A program made the translations under genes and the position numbers. This document shows, piece after piece, positions 27,267 to 28,090 of a DNA stretch of 28,090 bases. Source of the DNA: a virus (Duplodnaviria; Caudoviricetes); the IMG/VR virus record IMGVR_UViG_3300030708_000834, positions 1 to 28,090 of that record, one strand, 5' to 3'. The stretch's first letter is position 1, and each line of letters starts with the position of its first letter. The notes below the pieces were generated by a model that did no database searches, was not told the origin of the DNA, and worked only from the letters and a program-made list of their open reading frames with translations.

Positions 27267-27352
27267 GTTACAAAATTGTAATTGTTACAAAATTGTTATG
27301 AGCTCTCAAAAAGTTACAAAATTGTAATTGTTACAAAATTGTTATGAGCTCT
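27267..27352. repeat. Exact 40 bp direct repeat, two copies, 46 bp period
   Basis: GTTACAAAATTGTAATTGTTACAAAATTGTTATGAGCTCT at 27267-27306 and 27313-27352; each copy contains two GTTACAAAATTGT subunits. Confidence 0.93.
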
Positions 27353-27363
27353 GGAAATGAGAT

Positions 27364-27395
27364 AAAAAAAACCCTTACATTTCTGCAAGGGTTTT
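27364..27395 (-). terminator. Intrinsic terminator
   Basis: Minus strand CCCTTGCA-GAAA-TGTAAGGG followed by T8, 20 nt after the upstream stop codon. Confidence 0.85.
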
Positions 27396-27414
27396 CAATG
27401 TTACATTTTTGTAA

Positions 27415-27954
27415 CTATTTCTTTTTATCTTTTTTCTTCGTAACTTTCACGTCATAAAGATAAATTAAATCTTCAGTACTTCCGAAGATTTCTTGAACTG
27501 CAACTTTTGTTCTGTCTTCCTCTTCCTTAGTTAGTGTAACATCGCCTTCAAGAGCATCGACAAGATTCGCTAGTTTTTTAGCAATTTTTTCAATCTCTAG
27601 CGTTTCGTCAATTTTAGTGATTTTGTAATTTAGAGATTTTTTGGCTCTCTCTAAATGCTTATTCACTAAGTTGTATTGTTTACGACCATCACTGCCGTCG
27701 GGCATTTCCGACTGCTTTTTGCAACCATGGTTTTTAACAATTTCAGCTCGAGCCAATTTGCCTACTTCAGCAATAATTTTCAAACCCGATTTTTTAATTT
27801 CATCGGCTTTAGTGTGGCTCATAGAATTAGTAACAGTTTTGCATCCTAACTCTTTCAAGTAACCTAATAGCGTAGAGTCATGATTAACAGTATTCTCGCA
27901 ACTATTGACGATTAATTGTGTAGCTTTCATTCTAATTGTATCTAGTTTATTCAT
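27415..27954 (-). CDS. Basic, helical hypothetical protein (179 aa; frame open to 28080)
   Basis: The ORF track gives 221 aa from 28080. An internal ATG at 27954 (MNKLDTIR) preceded by TAGGA is the likelier start. No family recognised. Confidence 0.6.
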   Translation of the reverse strand: MNKLDTIRMKATQLIVNSCENTVNHDSTLLGYLKELGCKTVTNSMSHTKADEIKKSGLKIIAEVGKLARAEIVKNHGCKKQSEMPDGSDGRKQYNLVNKHLERAKKSLNYKITKIDETLEIEKIAKKLANLVDALEGDVTLTKEEEDRTKVAVQEIFGSTEDLIYLYDVKVTKKKDKKK

Positions 27955-28019
27955 TTTATTTTTTCCTAATGGCAAGGCAACTTCCACTTTAGAAGTAACA
28001 ATCCTTGCGAAATCGTTTC

Positions 28020-28036
28020 CTATGACAGTGTCATAG
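28020..28036. repeat. Early-region palindrome, copy 10 (CTATGACA-G-TGTCATAG)
   Basis: Perfect 8-1-8; shares the downstream flank CTTTTGT with copy 7. Confidence 0.92.
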
Positions 28037-28090
28037 CTTTTGTCGATTTGCTCATTTAGGATGTATTTCTCAACTAACATAAATAGATTA

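Noticed and set aside
27267-27352. 40 bp direct repeat as a mini-CRISPR or transposon end
   Set aside because: There are only two copies separated by 6 bp, with no spacer-length gap and no transposase.
2817-27862. All plus-strand ORFs in the track (e.g. 2817-3143, 12719-12985, 13807-14109, 14599-14922, 24962-25255)
   Set aside because: They are antisense shadows of well-supported minus-strand genes, with no recognisable motifs.
22240-28036. Palindrome array as a CRISPR array
   Set aside because: The repeats are only 15-21 bp, spacing is irregular (about 150-1250 bp), several lie within intact genes, and no cas genes are present.

Overview
This window is a 28 kb fragment of an AT-rich T7-like podophage (Autographiviridae-type), with every real gene on the minus strand. 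Reading right to left in transcription order, it starts with an early region driven by sigma70-type promoters. That region holds an unknown ORF, a cluster of class II glutamine amidotransferase, amidoligase and second amidotransferase, and small ORFs. Next come a single-subunit RNA polymerase, ssDNA-binding protein, endonuclease I, a DUF5664-like dATP/dGTP diphosphohydrolase, primase-helicase, family A DNA polymerase, a small SAM-dependent methyltransferase and an exonuclease. The structural module follows: portal, scaffold, capsid, a Tphi-like terminator, tail tubular A, an enlarged tail tubular B, a fibre/collar-like protein and internal virion proteins, the last cut off by the window edge. 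The most unusual signals are: (1) ten copies of a palindrome (C)TATGACA-N1-2-TGTCATA(G), confined to the early 6 kb and mostly at gene 5' ends; (2) the GATase-amidoligase-GATase module; (3) a ~690 aa insertion of apparently nested LamG/PKD-like domains in the tail nozzle protein; (4) tandem OmpR/WalR-type boxes upstream of the early promoter; (5) no GATC found by eye. All calls come from motif recognition and synteny; no database search was run.
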